From: Lobosporangium transversale
Lineage: Eukaryota
Reading direction: 5' to 3'
Assembly: GCF_002105155.1 (NCBI RefSeq)
Contig: NW_019028996.1
Location: 496,001-560,000 of the forward strand
DNA: 64,000 nucleotides
Position numbers and translations under genes: made by a program
Notes under the pieces: model-generated
What the model was told of the DNA's origin: nothing
Database searches by the model: none
Seen by the model: only the letters and a program-made list of their open reading frames with translations
In this document: piece by piece, positions 24,356 to 38,805 of the stretch
How the letters are laid out: the number at the start of each line of letters is the position of its first letter
How positions within the stretch are numbered: position 1 is the stretch's first letter

Positions 24356-26851
24356 TTATCGACAAATAATATCGTATTCACGACGAACCATGCCACTTAG
24401 GGTCATCTTCCCATTTAGCCCTCGATACACTTTTTGGAGGCTCAAAGTATCAAAGTCTTGGTCGGGCTCAGGAAGTTCGTTCCAACGCAATGGCCTGGCT
24501 AGTATGTGGTCCCGCCGTGGCGAACTGTTAACATATTCAGGATGAAAGAGCCAGAGGTGCCCATTGTTGTCTGAGCTGAGACACTTCTCACAGGGTTGGG
24601 TGATATGATATCCGATCACATTGCCACTACAATTACATATGACGAGCGTATGGTATAAGGTCAAAGTAAAGAATAAGTAGCTAGAAGACGTAATATTTGT
24701 ACAGAATGAATGGGTGAATGCTAAGATTCTGAACGGTCCCTCACCAGACAAGACATGCGGTATCCTTGATTCTGCATAGGCAATTGGTTGGCTTGTAATC
24801 TGGCCCTATTAACTCCACTCTACGTCGGCCATTCAATAAAACCTCTTGTTTACATGCAAGTTGGCATTCTTTTTTTCTTTTTTGATAATAATAAAACTTA
24901 CGATTGAGGAGTGTAATCTGTGGATAAGAGTGCAACGCTCTGGTCCGCCAATAGTTGAGCCTGAAAATGTTAAGAATATTAAAGCCATGGTGATAGTTAG
25001 CAACTGTTACCATTTTTTCCTTATTATTAAAAAAAAAAAAAAAAAAAAAAAAGATACCTTCATACCGCGCTCACAGATCAAAGTAGTGCAGAAGTAGCAA
25101 GCCATTCGAACAACCTCCTTCAGCCCTATGTTATTGCGCGCCCGACTTCCTACCAAACTATCGCGCCATGAGTAAGAGGCCCATCCGGTTGAGCTTGATG
25201 AAGGAGTCCAACCACCTGCTTCTGCTCGTTCTACTGTCTCAGAGTATATGGTGTTACCCAACCTTTGGGGAAGTCTCGGTGCAACTTGGTCTCTTCCCGT
25301 AGTTGGCTGACGGTGATCGCTATGTTCACTAGGGCTCATCGGACGGAACAAGCTCGAAGGGGGCGAAGCAGGTGTTGAAGAGGTTTGCTGTGGGTGGCTA
25401 AGGGCGTGTGGATTAGTGTAATGTGAAGGAATAGGGATGTGGCTGCCGTGACGATGTACTGAGGTATTGGCCTGGGGGGCTTGAAGGCTATGAACTCTGC
25501 TCTGCGAGTGAAGCGGGCTAGATTGTGGATTTGAGGTACCAGCTGCTGGGACAGTATGTGGAACGACTTCATCACCAACTGTGGTCTCTTGCCATCGACG
25601 ATGGCTCTCCAGTTGCCGTTGTCGATAGTGCTGGCGCTGGCGTTGCACAAATGGATTAGTCCGATGCGCCAGAGACCCGTAAATGGACCAGCCCCCTTGG
25701 CCACCCCCTTCTTCTGACGCTCTCCCTTCGTTCTCCAAATTGTCCATAGAGTCGGTTAGGCTTGCCCTTGCCGAGCTGAGTGGTGTTGATGAGTTTAATT
25801 GGGAAGGATCCTGGCCTTGTTGCTGCTCCAAAGCGACATCTCTACCAGTGACAAATGGTCTGTAGGAGCCACTAGTGTTAATATTAGAGTTTCTGAGAGA
25901 GTGCCCAAGTGAAGTTATATGCGAGTGTGCGCTGTCACTGGGCTGGTAGGAAGGCGCGCCTGAGGACCTGCCTGGTGGTGGTGAGGAAAGTACTATGGCG
26001 GACTCGGTCGAATGGGGGAAATATGAAGACGAAATTGTTGGTCGAGGATCAAACTCTAAGTGATAAGGTCCTTCTATCGGTGGCCGTACGGGCGTCCTCG
26101 ACTCTGTAATTGGCTCATTACTCGCACCTGGGCTAGTAGGATCGAGACTTTGGCGATCTATGCTCTCGATACCTATCTGCTGGTCATATGGTACGTTTAT
26201 TTGGCGGCTTTGCCTCTCAAACTGCCTCTGGTTATGGATCATGATGTGTCGTAAATCGTATATATTGTCAACGATGCTTTCTGAATGCCTTGCATTCTCG
26301 CCGTCGTCCTCGTTAATCTGGCCACCTTGAATTGCGTGCGAGCTTTGGGCCAAGGTTTGGGTATGATTAAAGAGCCGAGTATCCAAAGTACTGTTTGGGT
26401 TCCTAGATGTATCGCGAAACCGGGGCTGTGGATGTGACACATGAATGTTGGATGCGGCTCTTACGAGGAGGTAGTCATCATTATTGATGTATGTTTCGAC
26501 GACAGGGTCTGAGGATGTATCTCTTTGAGTTGAGCGCACAAACTCTGAGGATTGAGCCAGGAAGTTAATCCCTGTTAGGCTCCTGTGATTAATACTGCCA
26601 TCGGTATGGTCAACACTACTTCGTCCACTGGTGCCAGTAGAGGTACTCGCAGGTGAGGATAACTCTAAAGAGTGAAGACCGACAACCATGTCATTATCAT
26701 TATAGTGATGTTGCTGGTGATAGCTATGACTGCGATGGTGATGACGGCTTGAGGAGCGATGGTGTTCATGAGCATTGCTCTCTATCCCTGGAGGATCGAT
26801 GACAGCATATGATCCGGTCACAGGTGAGTATGAGGGATGACTTCTGGGCAT
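24356..26851 (-). CDS. FAM72-domain protein with long disordered N-terminus (4 exons)
   Basis: Spliced C-terminus CYFCTTLICERGMK|AQLLAD...LLSTD...CLCRIKDTACLV|CGNVIGYHITQPCEKCLSSDNNGHLWLFH matches the FAM72 signature. Confidence 0.88.
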
Positions 26852-26894
26852 GGTGAAATCGATAGTTCGATTGGCTCAATACTCTAACGGTAAA

Positions 26895-26928
<34 letters not shown>

Positions 26929-29134
26929 AAGGAAAAGGCGAAAAGAAGAGGGTAAAAAAGAATGCCTCGAGCTAGCCTATACAGAGAAGAGTTTTAATAA
27001 GGCACTCACAGTCATATTGGGCCTGGGAGTACGAAAAGAGAGGTGAATGGTGATGAATAGGGTTCACTCCAAAGTCGACCTTGACAATTTGAAGATAAAG
27101 AGATGAAAGAAAAGGACAGAAGATGGATCTGTTTGTGTGAGGGAAGAATGACAATGACAGCGGCAAGCATGGCCCACCTGAAACCACACCAACAAAAAAA
27201 ATTGCGAATGCTGTCTCTGCTATGAACAAGGATGACCGAGACATTGGTGTCTTGTCTTGAATGATCGCTTGTCTTTAACACATTAATAATAAGTTTAGTT
27301 GCTTGTAGTTATATGGTTGCTGGAATGTGGGATGGAAAAAGGATAGAGCATTACGTGTATAGTTTCCCGAAAAAACTTCTTGATCTGCAAAACATCAAAG
27401 TAAGCTCCCCCATTATTTACTTTAAGGATAGAAAAGCTAGCTCGAATGCTATGAGGGCAAAAGTGGTATTGGTTGATTTCATTTGAAACTGGTACAAGAG
27501 AGGGCGATGACCCCTACTGTTGACGTTGGTATTTATTTCCAATCCTCAGTGCTGGCACAGGTGAGCTGTGCAGACGAGAGGCTGCTGGTATGACAGGCTT
27601 GCACTTGTGAGATCTCTTTTTAAAGAGATCTGAATGAAACAAACGCGATCGAAGCAGGGCCTGATCGCTGAACAGTATTTCGAGTGTGGATAGGCAGCCT
27701 TGAGGAAGCTACTACATGAAACGCAGGGGAAGTTACACACTGCTAAAGAGACTCATGGACAGATCAAGAGATTTTATCTATTCGAGCTGCCTAGCTTGAG
27801 ATTCGTTTTGACGCCTTGTTCTTGCAGGAACACCTTTTTGATCTTTTTGTTCAAGCTTCTGAGAGGCCGTGTTAAGACGACCTGCTCGGTATGTGCCTTC
27901 GGGTTAAAAAGAAAAAAAAAAAAGTGAGAGGTGGTGCGTAATACGCAAAGTGTATTTCACTAAATGCCTATTGGACAGACCAAAACATGTGGACGGATAC
28001 GCGTGGCTCAAAAGCACGCACGGTGTCGATCTGTGCGCACTCCATTCAAACCCTTTTTCTCCCATTCATTAACACCACACATGATATTTAGTATTGAATT
28101 TTATTTTTAATAAATGGAAAGATACCAGCCAAGGCCTACTTGACTACACCAGTTTTGGATCTGATATGACATCTTTCAACGTGCTTGAGCAGGATTTGTC
28201 CAACCTGTTTAGTTTCTTTTCTGGTCGCCGACAATGACATGTAAGCCGGTACATGTAGAACGGTGGCATTATCCACTATGGATTATTTGTTTCCTCTGAA
28301 TGAAGATGAATGGCACGGATTGTCCAAGAGACAATAACGATGTGTTATCCTGTTCTCTCTTGATGGAGCACGAACATTCGCTTTTGCTTCAATCAGAGCG
28401 CGTTATTGCGACTGTACTGCAACTGCCCCCTTCTGTAAACAACAAAAATAAAAGAAATAAAAAAGCATGAATCTTTCGACTGTACCTTTTTGCCTTCTTC
28501 CCCTCGCCCTTACCGTCCTTCTTCCCCTTCCTTTCCTCTCTCTTCTCGCTTTTTCTCACTCTCATTTGTTTCTCCACATTCATACATCCATATTCTTATT
28601 CATATTCATATTCATATCGACTACCCATCCTTACCTACTGACTCCTCTTGCTCTCCTTCTTTTTCTCTTTTCTCTCTTTCTCTCTCTTTCTCTTTCTCCA
28701 CTTTACATTTTTCAAACTCTGCCCTTGTTTTTCTTTTCATTGTCTGGCCTTCCTTCAATTGAATGGAGACTCAATCGAAACAATCCTCCATTCTCCTCTC
28801 CACTACTCTTTTTACTACTTGTTTCTCTCTATTCACCACTGTTATCACAGTCATTACAATTGGCTCTCTCTCTCTTTTCTCTTTTACACTTTGCTCTCTT
28901 CTTTTCTTTCTTTCTTTCTTCTTAAAAAAGGAAGCACCATCATCCTTGCCCTTTTTTTCTATTTATTTTTTTTAGCCTCATTTGTCTGACAAAGAAAGCA
29001 CAGACAATACTAAAAAAGCATATTTATTCACGCGCACACTGACATATTCGCTTCATTATACATTCCTCTCCTCATCAGGGCATGTCAATGCCTTGCCAGT
29101 AACCTTCACAGGACCTATAAACAATATATATAAC

Positions 29135-32100
29135 ATGAATTTGAATACCCCAGAAGACGCATCAGTAACAGCAGCAGCATTGTCCTCTCACACTGCAAAT
29201 GAACAGCAACAGCAGGAATCACCACAGCAAGCACATCCACAGCCACAGAGGCCGTTGCCTCAGCAACAAGGCTCTTCCCGAGACCTCGCCTCACAATCCT
29301 TCCCCCAACAGACGAATCAACCCCGTCTCCAAAGTCAGCCCATCCAAACCTCATCCTCTCCTCCTCCACTTGATGTCGTCCCTCCAGTTCAGACCTGTGC
29401 CCAATGTGAGCTACAGATGCAAGGGTCTTTTGTCCGTGCATTAGGCGCGACATACCATTTGAACTGCTTCAAATGTCTGGTAAGCATTTTACTACAATGT
29501 CTCCCCTTCGTACTGTACATTACCCTCGGTTGCTATTTTTTTTTTTTTTTTTTTTTTTTTCGTGTTTCGTGTAGCAGCACCCTTACTGTGATGACCAAGA
29601 AACACTATGTCAGGGACCAAAAAACAAAAAAAAAGAGCCATTCATCAAACGCTAAAACCCTATGTCTAATGTTACTGTTTTGTGATAATGTAATGATGCG
29701 CGCCTTACCTCTTTTAGGATTGTGACCAGATTGTTGCCTCAAAGTTCTTTCCAATCACTGAACCGACTGGGAGACAGTATCCGCTTTGTGAACGAGACTA
29801 CTTTCGTCGTCTAGGCTTAGTCTGTCATTCCTGTGGCGAGGCATTGCGCGGGAGCTATATCACCGCACTTGACAATAAGTATCATATTGAGCATTTTACA
29901 TGTTCCATCTGCCCAACTGTCTTTGGACCACGCGACTCTTACTACGAACATGATGGCAAGGTTTATTGCCATTATCATTATTCCATTTACTATGCTGTCA
30001 AGTGTGCGGGATGTAGGACGGCCATTTTGAAACAGTTTGTTGAGATTAACCGTAATAGTCAAGATGAACATTGGCATCCAGAATGTTACATGATTCACAA
30101 GGTATGCCCAACCTTGGCTGGTTGGATCCACTCACTATTTTATCAATCTATTGTTTAATTGTTTTAATTGTTTTAATTGTTTTAATTGTTTAATTGTTAT
30201 TTGATTTGATATGTGCAACCTTCACTGCCCCATTCAACACTTAATGGTCAGAGCTCACAACTTCATTGGGCGCTCATTTGTTTCCTTTGAAGACAGACGG
30301 CGCAGAGTTATCTCATTAAGCAAAGTGGATACTTGATTACATGGAATAGTTAATCAACCTGTTTTTTGAACAATGACACTGTTTGCTTCCTCTATTTTGT
30401 TATCGCCATGAGCCTAGTATTGTTTTTATTTTTTGCACAACCCTAGTTCCCTTATATTTTTATTCTACTACTTTTGGGTTCTATGGAATTCGTTTTAGAG
30501 CCCAATGAATGACATAGCTGGCATCATCTTGTGGTACCGAAAACAGGAAAAAAAAAAAAAGATCTGGGTCTTTGTTCATTAGAATAACGCAACCTTACAG
30601 AAACCTAAACATTCAAAATATCAGTAATAACAATAATAATGACAATAACAAAAAACCATTGTGTTCTTTTGTTTGTGCACAAATTATAGTTTTGGAATGT
30701 CAAATTGTCATTTGCGCCACAAGGCGAAGATGATCAAATACAGACGCCACAAGTACAAGGGCAAATCGAAACTGCGGATAGTGCAGGGGGACGGCCGAGC
30801 TTAGAGCAAAAGACACCAGAGGAGCTCAAGCGTGCTCAGCAGCAAATGGAAGAGAAGGTGCTTCAGATCTGGACAGTACTATCAGGATTTGAAGAATCTT
30901 CTGCAGGGTGCATTTCAGATATGTTAGTCCACGTCTCAGATGCCGCATATTATGATGGTGTCCAGATGGCTGAGAAGTTTATTCTCCATGTCGAAATCCT
31001 TTTTAACGCGATCGATGACTTGGAGGCGCAGATGAAAGAGGTCGGTGATCAAAGTGGTAAGCTATATAATGTGTTACTAATCTGTATTAATAAGCGCAGA
31101 TCGTCCGTCCATCCATCTCTTCACTTCTCTCTTCTAATTTGGATAATACGGTTACAAACTAAAGATGGCAGGTTTGCTACTTCATAAATCTGTGATGGCG
31201 ATACTAATTCTATTTATATATTTTGCGTCCTCCAACATCAACCAAACTCAAATAGATCTCGAACACGGTCGGCAGGCCAAGATGCTTTGCAAAAAAATCG
31301 TCAATTTCTTTTCCTTACTCTCTTATACTCAGGAAAGCGGCGTACGAAGGTTGGGTATGACCCAAGAGTTGCTCTCACTCGTCACTGGAATCGCTCATTA
31401 TCTTAAAATCTTGATTAGGATTGCATTAACTCGTGCCTTTAAACTGGAGCGACAATACAATTCGACAACAGTTATTGCTCGGTTTGTTAGTAAATTGACA
31501 GAGCTCGGTAGTAGAGATAAACATCTTCAAAACATGCATGGTAAGGGCGCCATGGATGCGGAGGTGACGTCAGATTTGTGTTTATCATGCAGGATCACCA
31601 TCGAGGACGAGTGTTTTACGTTTGATCACCATAATCGCTGGCATCCCAATTGTTTGATTTGTTCCGGGTGCACTAAATCCCTTGCGCCTGTTTATCAAGA
31701 GGCTTCTTTTGATACCCGAGGCGGCGCAGTTCTCTGCCAGCAATGCAAGACCCCGGATGCACAAATCGGGTTTTCACATGTGACAAAGCTGCAGCAATAC
31801 ACCTTTCTTTTGCGAGTCGCCCTCATCAGGCTGGAAAACCTGTTGCATCTAAAAGGTATATGTGTTTTGACGCCTTTAATCATTATCTTTGCTTTCGAAC
31901 ACTTTTGTTTTGCACATGCGCTTTCCCTTCTCTTGCAAACGTCTAATACCCTACCTGCTTTTCCTCATTGATATCCTAGATGACGATGGAATGCAGGGCG
32001 CAATAGAGTATCGAGGACGCGAACTTCCAGCATTATCGCCCACAGGTGCTTTATCGCAAGGTCTCGCGAGGAAAGATTCACGATCAAAGACGCAGTCACC

Positions 32101-34332
32101 AGAAGGGAGTCGGACAAATGAGGCGATTGCTTTCGGAGATATTAGACGCGTAAAATCAACTCACCTTGACAGGGATCTTTCCAATTCTGCTCGCTTCCCT
32201 CGCAGACAGACTTTGATTGAGCATCAACGGAAAAAACCAGAGGACCAAGGAGGCCAGCATGGGAAAAATACCATCGACCACGATGGCAACGCACATCTGT
32301 TGAGCGAAGCTCTTTTGGAATTCGAGATCATTGATGAGACAGAGATCCTTAATGATGCCGAGGAGCGGGAACAGATGGATGGCCAGAAACCTAAGGCTCC
32401 AATGACGCTTTCCAGCCTCACAGAAAAGCTTAGAATTAATACATCTCTGAAGCGACCACCGAATGGATCCAGGGTGCCTGGATTAGGTAATAGGCAAGAA
32501 TCTCAGATATTGGCTGGTGGTCCAAGGAGTGCGGATGGATTGCGTCAACGAAAGAGGCAATACTTGAGCGAGCTTTCCGCGCTTGAGCTGTTTATTGTCC
32601 AACACATGGCTGTATTGACCCTGGCGCCGATTGTTGCAGACTACTTTACACTTGAGGAGCTCTTGGATCTCATAGGCCAGCGCAAACCTACATTATGGGG
32701 CCGCTTTGTTAAGAACCTCAAGACAGAAAAGAAGAAAACAAAAGGTAAGAGATACGCATGAGAACAAAATCAAATATGGGATTTCTGCAAGCATTAGTGC
32801 AAAGAGAAGCTGAAGGATAGTAAGTAAACTTTTTTTTTTTTTTTTTTTTTTTTTATACTGGTGTATTAGCCGAGGGAACGTTTGGCGTCCCTTTGGAGGT
32901 GTTGGTAGAGCGTAACGGTGTCGATTCGTCACTTGGTGCAGGTCCTGGTCGCATTCGTATCCCTAGTTTCATTGATGATAGCATTACGGCTATGCGCAAT
33001 ATGGGTAAGCAGATATGTGACTTTCGTATTTCATGATCATACTTGAGATGGGCTTTGAGTAAATTGCTCAAGAGAACACTAATTGTAAAGATCTCTCTAT
33101 ACGGTTTCTATGGTACTATGAAATAGACATGTCAGTGGAGGGTGTGTTTAGAAAGAATGGAAACATCCGTAGACTCAAGGAGTTGAGTGAGGCCATTGAT
33201 AAGGATCCAGGATCAGTGAACTTTGCTGACGATAACCCAGTTCAAGTCGCAGCGCTCCTAAAAAAGTTTTTGCGTGATCTGCCAGATCCTTTGTTGACAT
33301 TTAAGCTCCATCGTCTGTTTGTAGTATCTCAAAGTATGTATTCTCTTTACCTCCTCTTATTCTTCAAAGATATTTCAATAGCAAACGGTTGTGCGCTCTA
33401 TTTCGCTATCTCATTTTTTTTTTTTTTTTTTTTTTTTAAAAAATGACTCGGTAGAAGTGGAAGATCCAGCAGTCCGGAGGTTGATATTACATCTAGCTTG
33501 CTGCCTGCTACCAAAGGTTAACCGTGATAGCATGGAGGCGATCTGCCTCTTCTTATGCTGGGTGGCAGGATTCTCACATGTGGATGAAGAGACGGGCAGC
33601 AAAATGGATCTCCATAATCTTGCTACTGTGATCACACCAAACATCCTCTATTCTAAATCCAAGGACCCTATCAAAGATGAAAGCTTTTTAGCAATTGAGG
33701 CTGTAATGGGTCTTTTGGAAAACCAAGATGATTTCTGTTTGGTGAGTGAAGAAAAAATGAGATAGGCTAGATGAGTATTGCAAAGAAATCAATCGATTGG
33801 TTTCCTCAACCCAAATTTCTATTTTTTTTTTCCCTAGGTCCCCGAGGATCTGTCGTTAATTTTGAATGATCAAGATTTATTGGAATCGTCAATGGATTTG
33901 TCTTCAAAGGATATTTTGAAACGCTGTGAGAACTTGGTCCGAGCCCAGGGCAAGAAGACGAACATTACAGCAGGGACGGGGATGGGGCTAGGAGCAGCGG
34001 CTGCAGGGGATTCTCATCTGGATTCTGTCAACGCTAATAATAGTGCACTTTGCGGCAACCATGGTCAAGATGAAGGCCATCACCCAGGCTTGGACATTCG
34101 TCACCAGTCTTTGCCTGTACACAATAATGCAAATTCGCGTCAGCAGTCGGCTCCATTGTTGATCCAACAGCCACAACATCATCAACGCCCCCATTATAAC
34201 AATGGTATACACGGCCTATCGACATCTAATCCATCTCCATCCTCAACGTCAATGGGGCCAATGAGGATACCAGAGCGGCCGCAGGCCGTATCTGTTGGAG
34301 GAGGAAAAGGAGCGACGCCCATGTCGTTATAA
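29135..34332 (+). CDS. LRG1: LIM-domain Rho GTPase-activating protein (Lrg1 / S. pombe Rga1 type)
   Basis: Several LIM domains (CAQC...HLNCFKC; CHSC...HIEHFTCSIC); RhoGAP EGVFRKNGNIRRL, KKFLRDLPDPL, KMDLHNLATVITPNIL. Confidence 0.92.
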
Positions 34333-34864
34333 ATTTTATTTTTGTTTAGTGCATCCGCTGAAATATGTTAGACAGAGTGTCTGTTGTATTTTCTTATATT
34401 CTTTTTCTCATGTATCTCTTGATATCATTTTCGCGATTTTTATTCTGTAAATACATGTATATCCTTTCAACTTTTTTTTTTTTTTTTTTTTTTTTTTAAT
34501 GCAAATTTGCTTCTTGAGAATTAAAATGTATGGCAGGTGAAGTTGATATCTAACCAATGGCAAAGACGTAAGGTGAAATCGAACCGAATTCAATAAACGA
34601 AATCTTCCTTGATCTCCTTAGAAGACTATTTTCCTCTTTCACTTGTGGCTCTTATAATTTGCAACCTCTCATAGATAATGAAATGACTAATTTATTTCGC
34701 CACTTGGCGGCAGCCTTTTATTTATATCTCTGTAATGGTCAGATACTTTTGAAAGATTTCCTGGAGGTTATAGATGTCTGAACATTTTCGGTAAGGGTCT
34801 TTTTACTCAGGAATGGGTATAATTTGTTGTGAATGTTAATACAATATGTAAATCGCTCCAGAGA

Positions 34865-34899
<35 letters not shown>

Positions 34900-34939
34900 A
34901 AGTCTCCAAATATGGCTATTGTTGGCGAGTCAACGAAAG

Positions 34940-35410
34940 TTTCTCACCTTTATGGCTCCACACATCTCAGACAATCTTCTAACGATCTTGGATATCCTTC
35001 TCTTGCTTCGTTTCAGCAATTCTCGATGATTCCAAGATACAGAACTTGTCGCCTGTTTTGAATACCACTACTTCGTCGAAATAGGAAGGGTATTCCGCCA
35101 TCTGGACTCTTGTATCTTTGCCAAAGTTTTTTCTCCAAGGTACTCCAGGCATAGGGACATTCCCTACTGATTTCACCATCCCAACTTGTTTAAATGAGCT
35201 GGAGATATCGGGCGTCAGAAAATGTAATGCAGCCCGCTTCTCAAGAGGCTTTGCCCTTGATTGGTAGTAACCTTTGCTAGGCACCGAAAAGGCTATTTTA
35301 TTAGAATAGAAAAGTGGAAGGCAACTTCAGCAGCAATGGGGCACAATACCATGAGTCAATTAGAACCAACAGGACGTGAATTGATGTGGTCTTATTAGAA
35401 TTTCATCATG
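34940..35410 (-). pseudogene. Possible decayed pre-pro secreted protein gene
   Basis: Frameshifted MKF...VLLVLI leader, short intron with CTAAT branch point and TAG acceptor near 35293, exon AFSVPSKGYYQSRAKPLEKR (Kex2-like site), later GTGAGA donor. Confidence 0.3.
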
Positions 35411-35769
35411 TGATGCTTTTGTGTTCCCATTCAAACTTCCCACGGTAGCTCCACAAAGATATAATAAAATTATGGTATATTTGTATATATAATTTGTATT
35501 TATTACGAAAAGATAAATAAAAGAAAAAAAGAGAAACAAGGTTGTTGATGAATATGATTGAGAAACTATACAAACAACAGTAAGAATGGATGGAAGTCGT
35601 GAGTTTTTTTTCTTTCTTTCTTTCTTTCTTAATGATATACAATGCAATGTAATGCCTAGGAGTTGTGCTTTTTTTTTTTTTTTTTTTTTTTTTTTGGACG
35701 CGTCGTCTTTTTTTGCTCCTTCATCCATTTAGGAGCAGGCCTTCCCATCTATTAAAGTGAAGGTCTATT

Positions 35770-37289
35770 TTACCAGCCTCGCTTGGCGTACAGTTGATCC
35801 TCAGGGATTTCCGAGATGTTGATACCGACCATTGCTTCACCGAGATCTTCCGAGACCTCAGCAAGGACCTTAGGGTCTTTGTAGTGGGTGACAGCCTGAA
35901 CAATGGCACGGGCACGCTTAGCCGGATCGTCTGACTTGAAGATTCCAGATCCAACAAAGACACCATCGCATCCGAGTTGCATCATCAAAGCAGCATCAGC
36001 GGGAGTCGCTATACCACCAGCAGCAAAGTTGACAACAGGTAAGCGACCCAACTTTGCAGTTTCCTTGAGCAAATGATAAGGAGCCTGGATTTCCTTAGCA
36101 TAGGTGAACAACTCCGAGTCATCCATCAACTGAGCCTTACGGATATCGGCCTTGACAGTGCGGCAGTGGCGGACAGCCTCGACAACGTTGCCGGTACCGG
36201 CCTCTCCTTTGGTTCGAATCATAGCAGCGCCTTCGTTGATACGGCGGAGAGCCTCACCCAGGTTCTTGGCGCCGCAGACGAAAGGTACTTTGTGCTCATG
36301 CTTGTTGATGTGGTTGGCCTCATCAGCGGGCGTCAAGACTTCGGACTCATCAATGTAGTCAACGCCAAGGGACTCAATGATCTATATGAATTTTTATCAT
36401 TGGATTGAAGAGGACAAATTGAATCAGTATGCAGGCATGCAGGAGTACAACAAAAGGGAGAGGGTTTTCTTGATCATCTACCTGAGCCTCGACAAAGTGA
36501 CCGATACGGACTTTTGCCATGACAGGGATGGAAACGGCGTTGATGATCTCACGGATCATCTTGGGATCGGACATACGAGCCACACCACCTATTCATATGG
36601 TATAAAAAGGAGGGAAGAAATGAGTCAATATATTTTTTTTTTTAAATGTAAGATCGGATCTAAACATCCATCTTGAATCATAAAGAGTAGATCAATAATG
36701 ATGTGATTTAGGACAAGAATGCGATTGTTATTGTGGACAAGGTACAGCGTACCGTTCTTGCGAATGTCAGCAGGGACACGCTCCAAAGCCATGACAGCGC
36801 ATGCACCAGCAGCCTCAGCAATAAGTGCCTGCTCAACATTGATAACGTCCATGATTACACCTCCCTAGAAGTTAAAAGTAAATTGTGTAATGGGTCAAAA
36901 GGCAGGTCAAAAGCTAATGCTCCTGTCAAACCTTTTGTCAGGTCTGTCTGTCTGTCTACTTGTCTCTTTGTCTATTTGTTAAATTTCTTGAGTTCTGTCC
37001 ATATCTACGTCCAATTCTACATCCACATCCACATCCATATCCATATCCATATCCATATCCATATCCATGTCTTTTTTTTTTTTTTTTTTTTTGGAGCTGA
37101 AACTAATGTAACTGTATTAATCTGAACGTTTGTATAGTATGTAGATTTGGATGAATGATTTAGTACCTTGAGCATCTGAGCAAGGCCGGCCTTGACATTG
37201 AATGAGGCGACTGCAGGAACCTCTGATGTGGCAGAGGCAGCCAAGTTTTCCTGAGCAGGAACCAAGTTGGTAGGGGCGGCGAAAGTCAT
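35770..37289 (-). CDS. PDX1: Pyridoxal 5'-phosphate synthase subunit (4 exons)
   Basis: [60 protein letters not shown], ends AKRGW. Confidence 0.98.
37018..37068. repeat. (ATCCAY)n hexanucleotide repeat in PDX1 intron 1
   Basis: About 8 tandem units. Confidence 0.85.
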
Positions 37290-37733
37290 CTTGTATAAAA
37301 CAGGGGAGAATCTGCAGAAAATGAAAAAGAAAAAAAAAGAAAAAAAGTTATAGCAAGGAGCAGATAAAAGGGCGAAAGGAAGGAAAATAAAAGAGGTTGT
37401 GTACCTGAATAAGTTTAGACAAGAAAGTAAGAAAGAAAGAAAGAAAGAAGAAAAGAAAGAAAGAAAAAATTCATCTCTTATGAGAAGGGAGTACACAAGC
37501 ATTTATATACTTGAATGGGTCCCTATCCTCAAAACAACTGTCCATTCAACACTTGTATGTGTTCCAGTAGCAGCAACAGACAATCGATGTAATGTAGTAT
37601 AGGCCTAGACATGTCTATTTGCCATTGTGCATTGTGCTTGTTGCTGTTGCCCATTACTGTTGTTTTTAATTTTAATTTTAATTTTAATTTTATTTCACTG
37701 AGTCAATTGGAGAAGCAAGTCCGATTTCTTCCT

Positions 37734-37774
<41 letters not shown>

Positions 37775-38805
37775 TAGACTCGGTGGAATGAATTCACCTT
37801 AACTTTTTTTATTTTTTTCCCACCTTCAAAGACATGCACATACACAGCGAGTATCAAGGAGATCCCTGGATGATCTCTTTGTCATCGCTGCGCCGTCATT
37901 ACTACCTTTTCCTCTAAAGATTGGATTTATTTATTTATTAGCCTCCTAAACCCCTTTAGCAAAGAAAGGCGCATTGTCATCCTTCTTGACAATTCATGAC
38001 TTGTGCTATTTTTCTTTATTTCTTTTGCTCGATGACAGAGTATGACTAATTTTCCTCTATTTCTCTCTCTCTTTGAACTTCGCTTGCGCATCTCGATTGA
38101 GCAATTTGATCATTAACCTCTAGATTTTTTTTTTTTTTTTTTTTTTTCTTCAGCGCAGCAGGAGTGACCAACTTTCTCGTTGATCGTTGCATATTTAGCA
38201 AACTCTCTGTATTGTCCGTTTCCTTCTACCATTTTTCCACTTTCAAGAGACACGAAGCCCTAATGCTCCATGGGTTGGTCAACAAGTCAATACAGAGTGA
38301 AACCAAGTAGGCATATTGATGGGAAATGTGTGTTCCATTCTACCCCCTTTCCCTAGGACGCGTAAACGTCAATCTCCAATCTGTGTTTAACAGAAGAAAA
38401 TTTCGGAGCCATACTTAAAAAAGCATATTCCGACCAAGTTGAAGGAGATCAATCTGTTTAAACATGGTATAAACGCGTCCTTCCCTAGGCTACTTTAGAT
38501 GATCTTCAAGAACATTCAATCCACATAAACTATCAGTGTTGGTTAAACTGTGGCTTTTCCAGAAAAAATCACGCCAGGAAGTATACATGGTCGCATGTCT
38601 TGTCCGACACCTTATTGTCCTGACTCTGTCGACCAATTGAAGGACGGAAACAAAAGGGAGGAAGTACACGTCTTTTCTGCGAACCCATTTCACCCTCCTT
38701 CCCTCCCTCCTTTCCACAAGAAGCAAAAAAGAAGAAGAAGAAGAAAAAGAAAGAAAAAAAAAAAGATATAAAGTATAAATATATATATTTTTGAACATAT
38801 AAAGC

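Noticed and set aside
27610..27631. Near-perfect palindrome AGATCTCTTT-TT-AAAGAGATCT
   Set aside because: Isolated, with no TIR/TSD context or second copy seen
28389..28989. Hydrophobic F/L/S-rich ORFs upstream of LRG1
   Set aside because: Translation of a CT-rich promoter/5'UTR; the same applies to poly-K and poly-F ORFs from homopolymer runs throughout the window
36867..37500. TPP or other riboswitch in the PDX1 intron or leader
   Set aside because: No GCTGAGA or TGAT...TAAT TPP motifs; the intron is microsatellite plus homopolymer
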